Below, piece by piece: positions 63,737 through 64,000 of a stretch of 64,000 nt of DNA. The stretch spans positions 1 to 64,000 of the forward strand of contig CAVSAC010000017.1 in assembly GCA_963725865.1 (NCBI GenBank), written 5' to 3'. Position 1 is the first letter of the stretch. Every line of letters starts with the position of its first letter. The stretch is from Candidatus Eiseniibacteriota bacterium (lineage in GTDB: Bacteria > Eisenbacteria > RBG-16-71-46). Made by a program: the position numbers and the translations under genes. Below the pieces are notes generated by a model, which did no database searches, was not told where the DNA came from, and worked only from the letters and a program-made list of their open reading frames with translations.

Positions 63737-64000
63737 ATGACGCTGCTGTCCACGTTGATCGTTGCCGCTGCCGCCGTGCTCTCCGTCGCGAGCGCTCCTG
63801 CGCCGACGCGCGGTGTCGCCGCGGCACCGATGTCCCGCCCCGCACCCGCCGCGCTCCCGGCCCCCGTGACGCCGCCCGCGTCGGCGGTGGCGCCGACTGT
63901 GGCCGTGTGCCGGCGCCCGCTGCGGCCGTGGCGCCCGCCCCGGTCGAGCCCCCACTCCGGCCTGGCGTCCGCTGCGGCCGCGCGCCCGACCAGCCGCTGC
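63737..64000 (+). CDS. Secreted Ala/Pro-rich protein, 3'-truncated by the window edge
   Basis: GGGAGG RBS, MTLLSTLIVAAAAVLSVASA signal peptide, frame open to the end of the window. Confidence 0.6.
   Translation, partial: MTLLSTLIVAAAAVLSVASAPAPTRGVAAAPMSRPAPAALPAPVTPPASAVAPTVAVCRRPLRPWRPPRSSPHSGLASAAAARPTSRC

Overview
Very GC-rich bacterial chromosomal segment (roughly 70% GC or more, judged by eye). Several secreted proteins end in a T9SS-type-A/FlgD-Ig-like C-terminal domain and there is a Bacteroidota-style outer-membrane barrel, which suggests an FCB-group lineage such as Ca. Eisenbacteria (inference only). Many genes are broken by single-base indels clustered in patches. These are most likely long-read assembly errors, so the genes are annotated as CDS with rejoined coordinates. 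Recognisable content: PQQ-repeat propeller, DHA2 MFS pump, ExeA-SPOR ATPase, OmpR/PhoQ-type two-component pair divergent from an ABC transporter, M6 metalloprotease, TPR-CHAT protease, two near-identical cold-shock genes 23 kb apart, rnk/ManC-like/HPF divergent from nhaR, cyclic beta-1,2-glucan synthase, an S8 protease operon, GDT1 transporter, FabH, an HNH + Mrr defence islet, topoisomerase IB, TonB-type barrel, Uup, YaeQ, a long coiled-coil protein, and a giant PQQ-dehydrogenase/PKD/pentahaem cytochrome fusion. No tRNA, rRNA, CRISPR array or IS element was seen. The best candidate for an undescribed system is the operon at 34269-37195: a cytoplasmic subtilase, a free-standing copy of its own prodomain, and two Lys/Arg-rich proteins sharing a ~35-aa motif. 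Next are the conserved terminator-containing csp leader RNA and the secreted quinohaemoprotein fusion.
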